Shown here: in pieces, positions 39,636-53,481 of the stretch
How positions within the stretch are numbered: the stretch's first letter is position 1
Layout: the number at the start of each line of letters is the position of its first letter
Origin: Dictyostelium discoideum
Lineage: Eukaryota
NCBI GenBank assembly: GCA_000004695.1
Contig: CM000153.2
Span: forward strand, 4,352,001 to 4,416,000
Length of the DNA stretch: 64,000 nt
Reading direction: 5' to 3'
The notes under the pieces: model-generated
Told to the model about the DNA's origin: nothing
Database searches by the model: none
What the model saw: the letters and a program-made list of their open reading frames with translations, nothing else
Program-made: the position numbers and the translations under genes

Positions 39636-40590
39636 ATGAACAATTTAATTAAAGATTATATTAAAAATACAGAATTAGATAAACAAATCACAGATTTGTC
39701 AACAATTACAATAGATTGTGATAATGATAATGATTTGGTTAAAAAAATATTTGAATCTTTAGATAACGATAAAAATGAAGATTATTATAAAGGTTTTTAT
39801 AATTTTACAATTCCTAAACTTGGTGAAAATGGCTCATGTAGTATGAAAACCGAGTTTGAGCAATTTGATCTCACAACTGTATATGGTGAAAGAAGCTCAA
39901 CTTCAGATTTACATCTTTGGAGATTATATCAAATCATAAATGAATTACAAAAATTAACAAATGTTGATTGGCTTGGAATTTATAAAAAGACAACTTATAA
40001 AAATTCAAATAATGAAAATGAAGATTGGTAAATTTATATACATATTTTTTAATTTTTTTTTTTTTTTTTTTTTTTTTAAATAATTATAATATTTATAATA
40101 ATAATAATAATATTATTAAATTAATAATTTATATAATAAAATTAAAATTATAATAATTTTTTATAGTCTTTTAAAACTTGCATATTATGGTGAATTTAGT
40201 AGACCAATTTTCCCATTAACTGATTATTTTCAAACAATTTCCAATAATTCATGGGTTGGTCTAAATGGTAAATCAAAAGTAATTCAAGTATGTAGTTTTA
40301 TTATCTTTTTTTTATTTTATATGATTAAAAATATATTAATAAAATTAATTTATAAATTACTAATTTAATTAATTTTTTAAAAAAAAAAAAAATAGAGTTT
40401 AGCAACATATGAAGGTGTTTATTATAATTGTTCAGATAAAGTAAAGAGTGAAATTTGTATTCCAATTTTTGATAAAAATCAAAATGTAATTGGTATTATT
40501 GATGCTGAATCATGGAAGGATAATCATTTTAGTTCAAAAATTTTATTAGAAATTGTAAAAGTTGCTATTTCTCTTTCAAATTATCTTTAA
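39636..40590 (+). CDS. GAF-domain free methionine-(R)-sulfoxide reductase (fRMsr)-like protein with an N-terminal extension; join(39636..40027,40167..40287,40396..40590)
   Basis: Splicing removes 40028..40166 (donor GTAAAT, acceptor TTATAG) and 40288..40395 (donor GTATGT, acceptor AATAG). This yields ...NVDWLGIYKK...NSWVGLNGKSKVIQ-SLATYEGVYYNCSDKVKSEICIPIFDKNQNVIGIIDAESW. The motifs match fRMsr signatures (NWVGFY; C-x-SEIVVPI; VIGVLDIDS). Confidence 0.65.
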
Positions 40591-41012
40591 AAAAAAAAAA
40601 AAAATTATAGTTATAAAATACCGACCAAAAATAATGAAAATAAGATAAAAATAATTTTATTATTTTTTTTACTTTTTTTTATTTTTACAATAAAATGATT
40701 AAACAAAATTTATTTTTTTTCCTTAATAAAGCAATGACCAAAAGAAGAAAAATTTCAAATAAAATTTTGAAAAAAAAAAAAAAAAAACCCTTTTATACCC
40801 TTTTTTGAATAAATTATTAATAATTTTGATTTATTATATCTATTAATTAAATAAAATATTTAAAATTTTATTTTTTTATTTTTTTTTAAAAATTGATTAA
40901 TTAATTAATTTTTGAAAAAAAAAAAAAAAAAAGTATAAATTTAAAAAAAAAAATTTTATTTTTTAAAATCAGGGTCCAATAAAGAATAACCAAAAAAAAA
41001 AAAAAAAAAAAA

Positions 41013-41918
41013 ATGCAAACAAATATTACTTCAACAAAAATGTCAATTTTAGTAACTGGTGGAACAGGAGTTGTTGGTAGACAAGTTGTCAAATCATTAG
41101 AACTTAGAGAAAAAAATATTAATATTAGAGTTGGTGGTCGTGATCAAGACAAATGTAATCAATTGGGATTTGGTAAGAATTCAACTTTTACTAGATTCGA
41201 TTTCATGGATCCAACAACATGGGATAAATCATTAGAAGGTGTTGATAGAGTTTTCTTAATTGCCTTGCCAATGGATCCAACACCAGAGAAAAGCTTAGGA
41301 CCATTCATTGAGAAATGTAAAGAGAGAAAGTTAAAGAAAATCGTTGTCCTCTCTGTCATCGATGCTGAACGTGTACCATTGGTAAAGATTGAACAAATGG
41401 TTCAAGGTTCTGGATTGACATTTGTCATTTTGAGACCACCATTTTTCTCTGAGAATTTCTCTGAAGGTTTCATGAAACACGATATTGACCAAGGCACCAT
41501 TCGTGTACCAGTTGGTGAACATTCAGTCAATTGGATTTCAACTCACGACATTGGTGAATGTGCTTCCATAGTTCTCATGGACAGTAAATTCGATGGCAGA
41601 ACCATTGAAATCACTGGTCCAAAACCAATCAATTTCAAAGAACTCTCTGAAGTCGTCTCGAAGAATGTTGGTAAACAAATTAGATTTGAAGATATTAAAC
41701 CACAAGAATACAAGAAATGTCTCATGGATAGAGGTATCAGTGAACCATCTGCAAACTATCTCAATGAATTGTTCACTTCTGCTCGTGAAGATAAACTTTC
41801 AAAATGTACAAAAGGTGTTAATGAAATCACTGGTCATGATCCAAGATCCTTTGAACAATTTGCCAAAGAAACTTTCTCAAATACAAGTGGTAGTTGTACT
41901 TCTAAACCAGTTATGTAA
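41013..41918 (+). CDS. NmrA-like / atypical short-chain dehydrogenase NAD(P)-binding protein
   Basis: A single 301-aa ORF. ILVTGGTGVVGRQVVKSL is a Rossmann motif, and the overall architecture is NmrA/PCBER-like. Codon bias is relatively GC-rich for this genome. Confidence 0.7.
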   Translation: MQTNITSTKMSILVTGGTGVVGRQVVKSLELREKNINIRVGGRDQDKCNQLGFGKNSTFTRFDFMDPTTWDKSLEGVDRVFLIALPMDPTPEKSLGPFIEKCKERKLKKIVVLSVIDAERVPLVKIEQMVQGSGLTFVILRPPFFSENFSEGFMKHDIDQGTIRVPVGEHSVNWISTHDIGECASIVLMDSKFDGRTIEITGPKPINFKELSEVVSKNVGKQIRFEDIKPQEYKKCLMDRGISEPSANYLNELFTSAREDKLSKCTKGVNEITGHDPRSFEQFAKETFSNTSGSCTSKPVM

Positions 41919-42652
41919 ATTTTAAAATTTACATGAAAAAAAAAAACAAAAAACAAAGAAAAAAAAAAACACCAACAATTCCATATTTTTTTTTTTTATT
42001 TTTTGTTTTCCAATCTTTTTCAAAAAAAAAACAACCAATAATTTTTAATAATAAATAACAAAAAAGATATAATAATAATAATAAAATAAATAAAATTGGT
42101 AATCTAATGATACTTTTTGTTTTTTTTTTTATTTTTTTTTTTTTTTATTTTTATTATTTGTTTTAATTTTAATAGATAAACAAAAAAAAAAATTAGGAAT
42201 TTTTATTGGTCTTTAATTTAAATTTGGAAAATATTACTAATAATTATTAATAAATGAATTTACAAAAAAAGAAAGAAAGAAAGAAATAAAAAATAAAATA
42301 AAATAATTAAATGTACAAATTGTTTTGTTTTTTTTTTATTTTTGTTTATTTTCATCTTTTTTTTCCATCTTTTTTTTTTTTTCCATTTTTTTTTTTTATT
42401 ATATTTTTTTAAAAAAATTTACTAGTAAACTATTTATAGTTTTTTAAAAAAGGAAAGAAGAAAAAAAGGTAGGAATAATATATATATACTGTTATATGTG
42501 TAAGTTTTTACTATAGTATTTTTTTTTTTTGATTATTATTATTATTTTTTTTTTTTTTTTTTTTTTTTTTCTAATTATTTATATAAATACACCTTTTTTA
42601 AAAAAAAAGACATAATGGCGTCAAATATTTGTTATTGATTAAAAAATTAAAT

Positions 42653-44384
42653 TTAACCATCCAATGCAATACATTCTAAAATATGTAATTGAATTGTTAC
42701 ACAATCATTATCCATATAACCTAAAGATTTATCATACAAAAGTTTTAATTCTATTAAACCATTACCCCAAACACTTTTCTCATAATTGAATAAAACATTT
42801 GGAGATGAGGGATAGTGACGACAAAGTGTTTTATTCTTTTGATTTACAAGACCGAAAAAGAATGTTGTATTTCTTAAAAATTCGTAAGATTCCTTCTCTT
42901 TTACACGAACTGCTTCTAAATAAACTGAAAAACTATCACTGTGCTTTGCTTCACCAGCTGGGTAAGCCCACATTTTCCAAGTTAAACCATACATTTCAAA
43001 ACAGTTACTAACATGTTTTTGACTCTTTATTGCGCTAAAATTATGAATTGGCCATGATACTGAATAACATTTCTTATGATCAGGACATTGGAATGATATA
43101 ACATCACAACCAGGTACCAATGTAGTTTGATTTGGTTTCTTTCTTGGTGTTAATCTAGGATTGAGTAAATCGTTTTCATTCATTGGTATTAACTTTGGTT
43201 TTGAAAGGAATCTATATGATTCTAATAATAAATTTGAAGGAATTAAATGACTATATGGTTCAACAACACTAACCATATCTTCATAATCTATTGATGGGAA
43301 TCTAATTAAATGAAATACTTTTGATACCAAATTTTTATCTTGTTGTTCAATTAAAATTGAATTTGAATTATTTGTAGTTGTAGTTGTAGTTGTTGATGTT
43401 GATGATGATGATAATAATACAGTGTTACAAGAAACCCACTCGATTGTAGATCTAAAAATATCAATCTCTTTCATTGGTATATCATCTCTATTCAAGACTT
43501 TGATCAATACATCTTTTCCAAGTTTTGAAACTCTTTCAATATTTAAGAAAAATGATGAATTTGAACAAACTTGTTCTATATAAAGGTCTGTTAATTCTGA
43601 ACATAAACCATTATCCTTTTTTTTTTAAAAAAAAAAAACAATAATAAATAAATTAATAAAATATTCCAATATTAAAAAATAAATAAATATTTTAATTAAA
43701 CAGACTTACTTCTAATAAAAATCTTTCTAAAATTAAATTATCTAAAGTTTTAATGAAATCTCTACAAATTTGTTTACCATCTTCCAAGAGAAATTGATCA
43801 CAAACTAAAAACATACTTGTTAAATTCTCTTGATTTACTGATAACTCGGATGTATATAAAAACATTAAAATTTCAAAGAAAATGTCGACTGAAATATTTG
43901 GAATTGAAATTTCTTGTTGTTTACTCTCTTTCATTCCATTGGTTAAGAGGAGACTAAAATATTCGGATTTCAATGCAACCTTTTCTTTATGTGCATAGAT
44001 TCTACCTCTTAAATGTGATTGATCAACATGTCCACTTGAATCGGCACCATCTTGTAATTGATCTAATGTTGGAAGTAAAAATGTAAGATCGTGTGATAAA
44101 TTCTTTTGAAATGATGGTTGATCTTCATATTCTGATTCATCTACAAATTTATATTGATTAAATCCATCTAATTAAATAAAATAAAATAAAAATAAAATAA
44201 AAAAAAATAAAAAAAAATTAATATTTTTTAAAATTAATAAAAAATAATATTAAAATAAATAAATAATAATTTTTTTTCAATTACCTAAATCCCATTGTTC
44301 GTTATTTTTTACAGTTGCAATTGATAAACCTTGTAACTCTAATTCGATTGGTTTAACATTTAAAAAATCCATTTTCTGTTCCAT
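42653..44384 (-). CDS. BTB/POZ-BACK-MATH domain protein (probable cullin-3 substrate adaptor); complement(join(42653..43615,43710..44167,44285..44384))
   Basis: Exon 1 is MEQKMDFLNVKPIELELQGLSIATVKNNEQWDL with a GTAATT donor. Exon 2 holds the BTB core (RGRIYAHKEKVALKSEYFSLLLTNGMKES...ISVDIFFEILMFLYTSEL) and ends in phase 0 before GTAAGT. Exon 3 holds the C-terminal MATH/TRAF domain (YSVSWPIHNFS...FEMYGLTWKMWAYPAGE...DSFSVYLEAV). The track 'M' at 43507 is a TTG. Confidence 0.65.
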
Positions 44385-44817
44385 TTTTGTTTTATAAATT
44401 TAAAAATATAGAGATAATGATATTTTAAGTATTAATAATAATGATTATAAAAATAATATGATTACAACTTTAAATTAAACAAATACAAGTTACTTCTTAA
44501 TAGTTAAATTAAAAATTAAAATTTAAAAAAATTAAAAAACCAAAGAATTAAAATTTTTATTTTTTTTTTTTTGTTTTTATGTGGGTATGAAAAATACTAT
44601 ATATGATAAAAGGTGGTGATAAAAATAAAAAAAATTAAAATTAAAATTATAATAAAAAAAAAAAAAATAATAAAAAAAAAATGATAAATGAATAAAAAGT
44701 TTTTGATAAATTTATCTGTGTGTTTTTTGTTTTTTTTTAAGTTGTATATTTTAATTTTATAATTTTTTTTTTTTTTTAAAAAAAAATTTTTATTTTATTT
44801 TTACTATTATTTTAAAA

Positions 44818-44848
<31 letters not shown>

Positions 44849-45539
44849 TTTTTTTTTTTTTTTTTTATTTTATATTATTATTATTATATTATTTTTTAAA
44901 ACGTTTTGTAGTAATAAGTTATTATTAATTGTAAAAAGAAAAAATAATAATTAAAATATTTTGGAAAATTTAAAAAAAGTGGAAGTACTAATGAAAATAT
45001 AAATATTGAAAAAAATTGTTTAAAAAAATAAAAATAAAAAATAAAAATAAAAATTAAAAAAAAAATGAATATTTTAAAAATAATAAAATAATATTAACTT
45101 AAAAAATATTATAAAATTGTTTCGATCAATTATTATATTATTTTTAATAAGAACCTATAATCTTTTGAGTGTGGGTTTTTTTTTTTATTTTTATTTTTTT
45201 TTTTATTTTTTTTTTTATTTTTTTTTTAATTTAAAAAAAAGTGTGTGGATAAATTGTTTGAGGGGAATAAAAAAAAAAAAGATGAAACTTTAAAAAAATA
45301 ATAATAATAAAGAAATTGAATAAAACATTATTTACAATAAAATCTCACACACACACACACTAAAAACAAAGACTAATCTACACAATTCACAATAACAAAC
45401 ATTAAAAACATATAATATATACCCATTATACTATATAAATATATATAATATATATTTATTTTATTATTTATTTAAAAAACAAAACCACCCACACCCAAAA
45501 CACACATTAATTAATCATTGAAATTATTAATTTAAATTG

Positions 45540-45910
45540 AAAAAAAAAAGAATAATTTTTTTGGATTTTTTTTTTTTTGGGGGCGTTGTAAACACCATTT
45601 TATTTTTTTATCTTTTTGGGGAAGATTTTTTTTGGATATTTTTAAAAAAAAATTATTTTTTTTTTTTTAAAAAATTTTAAAAACAATTAAAAGTTTTTAT
45701 TAACAAAAAAACCCCCCCCCCCCCCAAGGGAAAATTTTTCCCCCCCTTTAAAATATTTTTTTTTCACATATTTTTTTTTAAAATTTTTTTCCCCCTTTTT
45801 TTTTTTTTTTTTTTAAATAATTGGGAAAAAAAAAAAAATTTTTAAAAAAAATTTTTCTTAAAAAAGGGGGTTTTTATTTTTTAAATTTTTTCAAAAGCCT
45901 TTTCCTTTTA
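45540..45910. other. Block of G/C homopolymer runs (C13, C7, C5, G5-G6) interleaved with A/T runs, atypical for this genome
   Basis: The sequence includes ...tttttttttttgggggcgttg..., aaaccccccccccccccaagggaaaatttttccccccctttaaa and ...ttcccccttttt.... A similar G10 tract is at 38339-38350. This is either an unusual satellite or a low-quality/assembly-artefact region. Confidence 0.5.
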
Positions 45911-45929
45911 CCCATTTAAAAAAAAAATT

Positions 45930-45970
<41 letters not shown>

Positions 45971-46123
45971 TATTTAATTGTTGTTGCTTTTATTTATTTT
46001 TTTATATTTCTACAAAGGGTAGAATTGTTTATAGTGTTTTTTTTTTTTTTTTTTTCTTTTTGTTTTTTTTTCTTTTTTGGTGATTTAAAAAAAAAAATTT
46101 TAAAAAAAAAAAAAACATTTTAT

Positions 46124-46154
<31 letters not shown>

Positions 46155-47161
46155 TCGTATTGCAGCCTTATTAACTTTTGGAAATGTTTTATCGATAAAC
46201 GTATTTTAAGGGAGAAGGGGGATAATTGAAATTTAAATAAAAAAACCGAAAAACCATTGCAAACCCAAAAACAAAACATTTTTATGACAAAAATAGCCCC
46301 CAATAAGTTTTTTACAAAAAAAAAAAAAAAATTTAAAAAAAAAATAAAATTAAAAATAATATGTTTCAAAAATAATGAAAAAAAAAAAAAAAATAAAGGA
46401 GGGCTTAAATATTTTCCAACACTAATAAATAAAAGTTAATTTTAGATTTTTTTTGTCCTACCTACCAATTAAAAAATATTTTTTTTTAAAAAAATCCTGT
46501 ATTTTTTTATTATTACACAATTATGATTATATATATATATTTTTTTTTTTTTTTTTTCGAAAATAAAAATGTTTAGAAAAAAAAAAATTTCTTAGATTTT
46601 AATTTGTTGTTAATTTTTTTTTTTATTTTATATATATATAAATATTATTATTTTTTTTTATTTTATTTTATTTTATTTTATTTTTTTTTTTTTTTTGGAA
46701 ATAAATAAATAAGTTTTACAAAAAAAAATAACTTTCAATTTGGAAATTACTTTTAATTATTAATATTATTACAAATAAATAATGAAAATGGATTGAAAAA
46801 AAAATTTTATTTTTTATTTTTTATACATTTGGAAACAATAAAAAAAAAAAAAACTTAGAGTCTGTTTATAAGAATTTTAATTTTAAATAGAACAACCAAA
46901 AATAAAGTTGAAATGATAATTATTGGATAAAATGAACAATTAAAGGTGATGTGATATTTTTAAAAAATAAAATAAAAAAAAAAATTATTTTAATTTTATT
47001 ATTTTTTGCTTTTTTTTTATTTGTTAATTAATAATGAAACTGAAAAACTCATTAAAAACAAATGTATCTTTTGAAAATTCAAAAAACTTTTTTGTTTTAA
47101 AAAAAAGGTATTTTGGTGTTTTGATGAAAATAAATATCTTATTTCCTAAATAAGTTTAAAA

Positions 47162-47196
<35 letters not shown>

Positions 47197-47328
47197 AAGT
47201 TTTTTTTTTTTAAAAATTTCTTTTTTTAAATTTTTTTATATTATTTTTGTCAAACTTTTTTTTTTGAAAAAAAAAAATTGGTTTTGATTGGTTTAATCTG
47301 ATATCTTCTTTTTTAAATTAATTTATTT

Positions 47329-47379
<51 letters not shown>

Positions 47380-47658
47380 ATAAAAATAATAAAAATAAAA
47401 TATTGAAAATAGAAAAAAAAAAATTAAAAATTAACCTTCCTTTTTTAAAAAAATAAAAAAAAAAATCTGTTTGAAATCCGTTGCCAAACCACTTGAAATT
47501 TTTTTTACAAAATGGATCATTGATTTAACCTATTGTTTTGTTTAATTTTTTTTTTTTAAAATCAAAATAATATAATAAAAAAAAAAAAAAATGAAAAAAG
47601 ATATTAATACATTTCCTCTCTTTTTTTTTTTTAGATATTAATATTAATTTAAACAGTT

Positions 47659-47677
47659 GGGGTGGGGTGGGGAGGGG
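47659..47677 (+). other. Perfect G-quadruplex motif GGGGTGGGGTGGGGAGGGG
   Basis: Four G4 runs are separated by single-nucleotide loops. It lies inside the 44.4-48.7 kb gene desert in a genome that is more than 75% AT. Confidence 0.7.
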
Positions 47678-47979
47678 ATGAATAACGAAAGTGATCCTTA
47701 AATATTTTAAAAAACTCAATTTTAAATAAAACAATACGCCATTCAATGATAAAAGATAAAAGATAAAAGATGCAATGAAATTTATTACAAGTAACAAAAT
47801 CCACATTAATTAATTTGACAAGAAATTAATTTTTATCTTTCCAATACAATTTTTTTTTTTTTTTTTTTAAATTAATCCAATTAAAAAAATTATTAAAAAA
47901 AAATAGAAAACTTGTATTTATTTATATTAATAAATTTGGACATTAACCCAAAAAAAAAAATAAAAAAAATAAAAAAATA

Positions 47980-48600
47980 AAAAATAATAATATTACTCTT
48001 ATTAAGAATGCAAAATATTTTCAGAAATGATGTAATTATGGTGATAAAAAAAAAAAAATAATAAAAAATAAACCTTAAATGTTTAATAATTAAATTCAAA
48101 GTTACAAAAAAAAAAAAAAAGAAAATATAAATTACTCTTTTTAATAATTGAAAATAGTTTAAATTTAAAATTACAAAAAAAAAAATACTTTTTAAACCTA
48201 ATATTTTTAAAATGTAATTATGGTAATAAACCCTAAACTTTTATTTATTAAATTTAATATTATAAAAAAAATAAAAAATATAAATGATGGAATTGGTAAT
48301 AAAAAAAAAAAAAAAAAGTCTTAAACTTTATTTAATTTTATAATAATACTATAATATTATTTATATTATATTAGAAAAAAAAAAAAAAAAAAAAAAATAA
48401 AAATAATAAATACTATTTTAATATTTAAAAATAGTTTTAAAATTGTATAATTATGGCAATAAAAAAAAACAAATAAAAATAAACCTTGAACTTATATTTA
48501 TAAATTTAATGAAAAAAAAAGAAAACAATACAAATACTCTTTTTTTTTAATAATTAAAAATAGTTTAAAAATGATTATGGTGATAAAATAAATTTAGATA
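47980..48600. repeat. Roughly 150-bp degenerate tandem repeat (about 4 copies) in a gene-free AT-rich block
   Basis: The module TAATTATGGTGATAAA-An-ATAAACCTTAAAC/TTTT...ACAAAAAAA...AAATACTCTTTTTAATAATTGAAAATAGTTTAAA recurs. TAATTATGGTRATAAA-like cores are near 48037, 48216, 48291, 48450 and 48573. ACTCTTTTTAATAATTRAAAATAGTTTAAA cores are near 48133, 48411 and 48533. Confidence 0.6.
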
Positions 48601-48737
48601 TCAATATATTGAGAAAAAAAAAAAAAAAAAAACATAGTCTATCTTTTTGTTTTTCTTTTTTTTTTTTCCCTTTATAAAATATATAGTTTTGTACTTTTTT
48701 TTTATAAGTAAAAAATGATTGATATTAATCACTACAT

Positions 48738-49424
48738 TTATTTGGATGATTTCTTATCTTTCTTTTGTTTTAAATCTTTTTGTTGCTTCTTGAAGACAAT
48801 TTTAGCGGTTTTTTGTTCTTCAATTAAGAAAGCACGAACGATTCTGTTACGGACACATTTGGCACATTTGCTACCACCATAAGCACGTGAAACAGTTCTT
48901 CTTGATTTTGGAAGATTTTTGTATTGGTATGGTCTTAAGGCTGGGATACCGGCTAAGTTGACACCACATTCACCACATCTTGGAACTTTACCAGTTTTAC
49001 CGATGTATTGGTATACTAATCTACCACCTGGAGTCTTGACGCTATAATAAAAAATCAAAGTTATTAATCAATCCTTTATTTTTGTATAGTTTTTGTAGAT
49101 TGAAATTTTGGGTTGGTTGTTCGAGTTGTTGATAGATAGTATGTATAATTTGTTTCTTTGTTCTGTTGTTAGTTGTTTTGTTTGCATTATCAAATATAAT
49201 TTAATTAAATATCCTATCATTTGTTGAATCTTTTATCTTACCAAAAGTGACATAGGTTTTATACTATAAATATCAACTATCAACAAACATTGTCAACCAT
49301 TATCAATCAATCATCAATCCAATCCAATCCAATCTTTTATTCTATTATCAAATTATTACATTTTGGTAGCGTTAGAAGTAGTACGGTAAGATAATCTTCT
49401 TCTGTAGGTAAGTCTTTGAACCAT
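48738..49424 (-). CDS. rpl34: 60S ribosomal protein L34 (eL34); complement(join(48738..49041,49360..49424))
   Basis: Exon 1 is MVQRLTYRRRLSYRTTSNATK plus AT, with a GTAATA donor. The intron is 318 nt with a TATAG acceptor. Exon 2 gives (I)VKTPGGRLVYQYIGKTGKVPRCGECGVNLAGIPALRP...RAYGGSKCAKCVRNRIVRAFLIEEQK, which matches the eL34 consensus. The product is 122 aa. Confidence 0.85.
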
Positions 49425-49843
49425 TTTTTCTATATGTGTGCAGATATACGATTAAGCGAAAAAATTGAAAAAAAAAAAAAAAAAAACGGTGACCTCGCAT
49501 AAAATTTTTTTGATTTTTTCAATTTAATTTTTTCAATTTTTTTTTTTTATTTTTCAGAGGCGTTACTCAAAAAATAAAAATAAAAATAAAAAAATAAATA
49601 AATGAAAATAAAAAAAAACAAAAACATTTATTGATATAGATATTAATTTTTATTTATAAATAAAAATAGAATTTATAAATACTTTTTTATTTTTTATTTT
49701 TTTATTTTTTATTATTTTCTTATTGTTTTTCACAAAATAAATTAATTTTATTATTATTTTTATTTTTATTATTAACAATAAAACTTTCTTTTTATTTTTT
49801 TTTTTTGATCATTTTTGTTAACCCAACACCACACTCACCCATC

Positions 49844-49881
<38 letters not shown>

Positions 49882-49924
49882 CAAATTAATTTATTTTTTT
49901 ATTTAAAAAAAAAAAGAGAGAGAT

Positions 49925-51287
<1,363 letters not shown>

Positions 51288-51484
51288 AAAAAAAAATATA
51301 AAAAAAATAAATTTTTGTTCACTAATTTTTTATTTATGAAATTGGAAATTTATTATTTTTATAAAAAAAAAAGATGATGATGGTGATGATGATAATGGGT
51401 TGAGATTGAGTGAGTTATTTACAATTGAGGTTGGCAAAAAATGAAGCTTCATTTTGCTGGTTTTTTTTCTTTTTTTCTTTTCTT

Positions 51485-51515
<31 letters not shown>

Positions 51516-51544
51516 TTTCTATTTTTTTTTTCTTTTTTTTTTTC

Positions 51545-51575
<31 letters not shown>

Positions 51576-51605
51576 GATGTTACAGAGTTAATAAAACTTT
51601 AAAAT

Positions 51606-52448
51606 TTAAAATGAAAAACTGTAAGAGTTAGTTGATTTTGAAGCGGTTGTAAAAGGTTTATTAGTTGCATTTGAGGAAGTGTATGGCTTTGAATTACCAT
51701 TAAGTTCTGCTAATGATATACGTCTAATACCACTACCACCACTACCACTAACTGAAGAATAACTAGTAGAGGATTTAATAGTAGTGTATGGTTTGTTGCT
51801 GACAACATTTGAAGTATATTTAACATCTGATGTGGATGTTGAAATATATGGTGCTTTATCTTTACCTTTGAGCCATTCTGGTTCCTCTTTTTTTGAAAGT
51901 TGAGGTTTTTCTTCTTCTTGTGGTGGTGGAGGAGAATTAATAATTGAGACAATTACTGGAACTTCCTGTTCTTCTTGTATTTTTTCTTCTTGTTTACTCT
52001 CCACTACAAGTGTTGAGGCTGGTACTTGTGCAATTGGTATTGGTACTTTCTGTTGTTGTTGTTGTCGTTGCTCCAAAAGTAATTGTTGCTCCAAAAGTAA
52101 TTGTTGTTTTTGTTGCTTTAAAAGTAATTGTTGTTGTTGTTGCTCCAAAAGCAATTGTTGTTGTTGTTGCTTTAAGAGTAATTGTTGTTGTTGTTGTTGC
52201 TCCAAAAGTAATTGTTGTTGGCAAAATTGCTGTTGTTGTTGTAAATAGAGTTGTTGTTGTTGGTATGTAAATCCATCATTTTCATCAACTAAAGGATTTA
52301 AATTTCTGTAAACTGGGAGTATTTGTTGTTGTTGTTGTTGTGGTGGTGCTTGAGGTTGTTGTTGTTGTTGTTGTTGTGACTTTTTAACATCCACCCAAGT
52401 TGATTGTGTTGGATTGCTTTCGATGAATACAAATTCGTCATCATCCAT
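51606..52448 (-). CDS. Gln/Leu-rich (QQQLLLEQQQQ-repeat) protein with a Ser/Thr-rich C-terminus; function unknown
   Basis: A single 280-aa ORF starts MDDDEFVFIESNPTQSTWVDVKK. A (QQQQQLLLEQ/KQ)n coiled-coil-like repeat arises from near-perfect 30-nt DNA repeats. Several antisense or alternate-frame ORFs overlap it. Confidence 0.5.
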   Translation of the reverse strand: MDDDEFVFIESNPTQSTWVDVKKSQQQQQQQPQAPPQQQQQQILPVYRNLNPLVDENDGFTYQQQQLYLQQQQQFCQQQLLLEQQQQQQLLLKQQQQQLLLEQQQQQLLLKQQKQQLLLEQQLLLEQRQQQQQKVPIPIAQVPASTLVVESKQEEKIQEEQEVPVIVSIINSPPPPQEEEKPQLSKKEEPEWLKGKDKAPYISTSTSDVKYTSNVVSNKPYTTIKSSTSYSSVSGSGGSGIRRISLAELNGNSKPYTSSNATNKPFTTASKSTNSYSFSF

Positions 52449-53434
52449 TTTTATTTATTCTTTTTCTTTTTTTTTTTTTTTTTTTTTTTTATGTTGGACG
52501 ATGTTGAAGTGTTGAAATAAACTTTTTTTTTTAATGTGGGGTATTATTGAATTTATGTAATTTTTTTTTTTTTTTAAAAAAAATTAAATTATTTGTACAC
52601 TATTATTATTATTTTCTTTTTTTAAAAAGTGTGAAGTGTTTGATAAAAAAAAAAAAAAAAAGTTAATTCTCATTTTGTGTTGTCGATTGAAAAAATAAAA
52701 AAAAAATAAAAAAAAATAAATTACAGGAAAATTTTTAGAAAGCTTTTTTTAAAATAATTTAATTGGAATTAAAAAATAAAAAAAAAAAAAAAAATTTAAA
52801 TATAAAAAAAAAAAAAAAAAAAATAAAAAAAAAATAAAATATTTGGTAAATATCTGTACTTTGGATTTTTTTTTTTTTTTTTTAGTTTAATCAAATACAT
52901 ACCCATTGAAAATCACAACTAAGTTATTATTATTATTATTTTTTTTTTTTTTTTTTCATTCCAATATTTTCTTTTAACTTGATCATATTTCTTTTTTTTT
53001 TTAATTATTTAATTATATTATACTTTCATTTTTGTGAATTAAGTATAACCTTGATGTTATTTTTCAATTTTATATTTTTTGTTTTTTTTTTAATCTTTTT
53101 TAAGTCACCAAAAATATTTTTTTACTATTTTAACCAAAACCTTTTTGTTTTTTTTTAAAAAATCTAATTTTTTTTTTTATTTTTTTATTTTTTATTTTTG
53201 TCAAAAAAAAAAAAAAAATTTAAATTTTTTATTTTAAAAATTTCACAAAAAAAATTACCAATAACATAACGAGATTTTACATTTACTTCAAATAACTCCA
53301 TCTCCTTTTATTATTCTAATAATTTAGTTTAGTTCAACTAAAACTTGGATTATAGATTTTTTTTTTTTTTATAAAGGAAGAAACCAATTTTTTTTAATCA
53401 TTAAACAAATAACATTTCAAGAATATTCAACAGG

Positions 53435-53465
<31 letters not shown>

Positions 53466-53481
53466 GATATAAATTAAAAAA

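Noticed and set aside
46100-46439. ORFs 46100..46369 (-) and 46257..46439 (+)
   Set aside because: They are poly-F/poly-K translations of A/T homopolymers in the gene desert. This applies equally to 47525..47806, 47893..48099, 1184..1381, 1991..2239, 14097..14393, 29458..29733 (+, poly-Phe; its real gene content is the POT1-like exon 1 at 29593..29689), 33934..34246 and 61374..61556.
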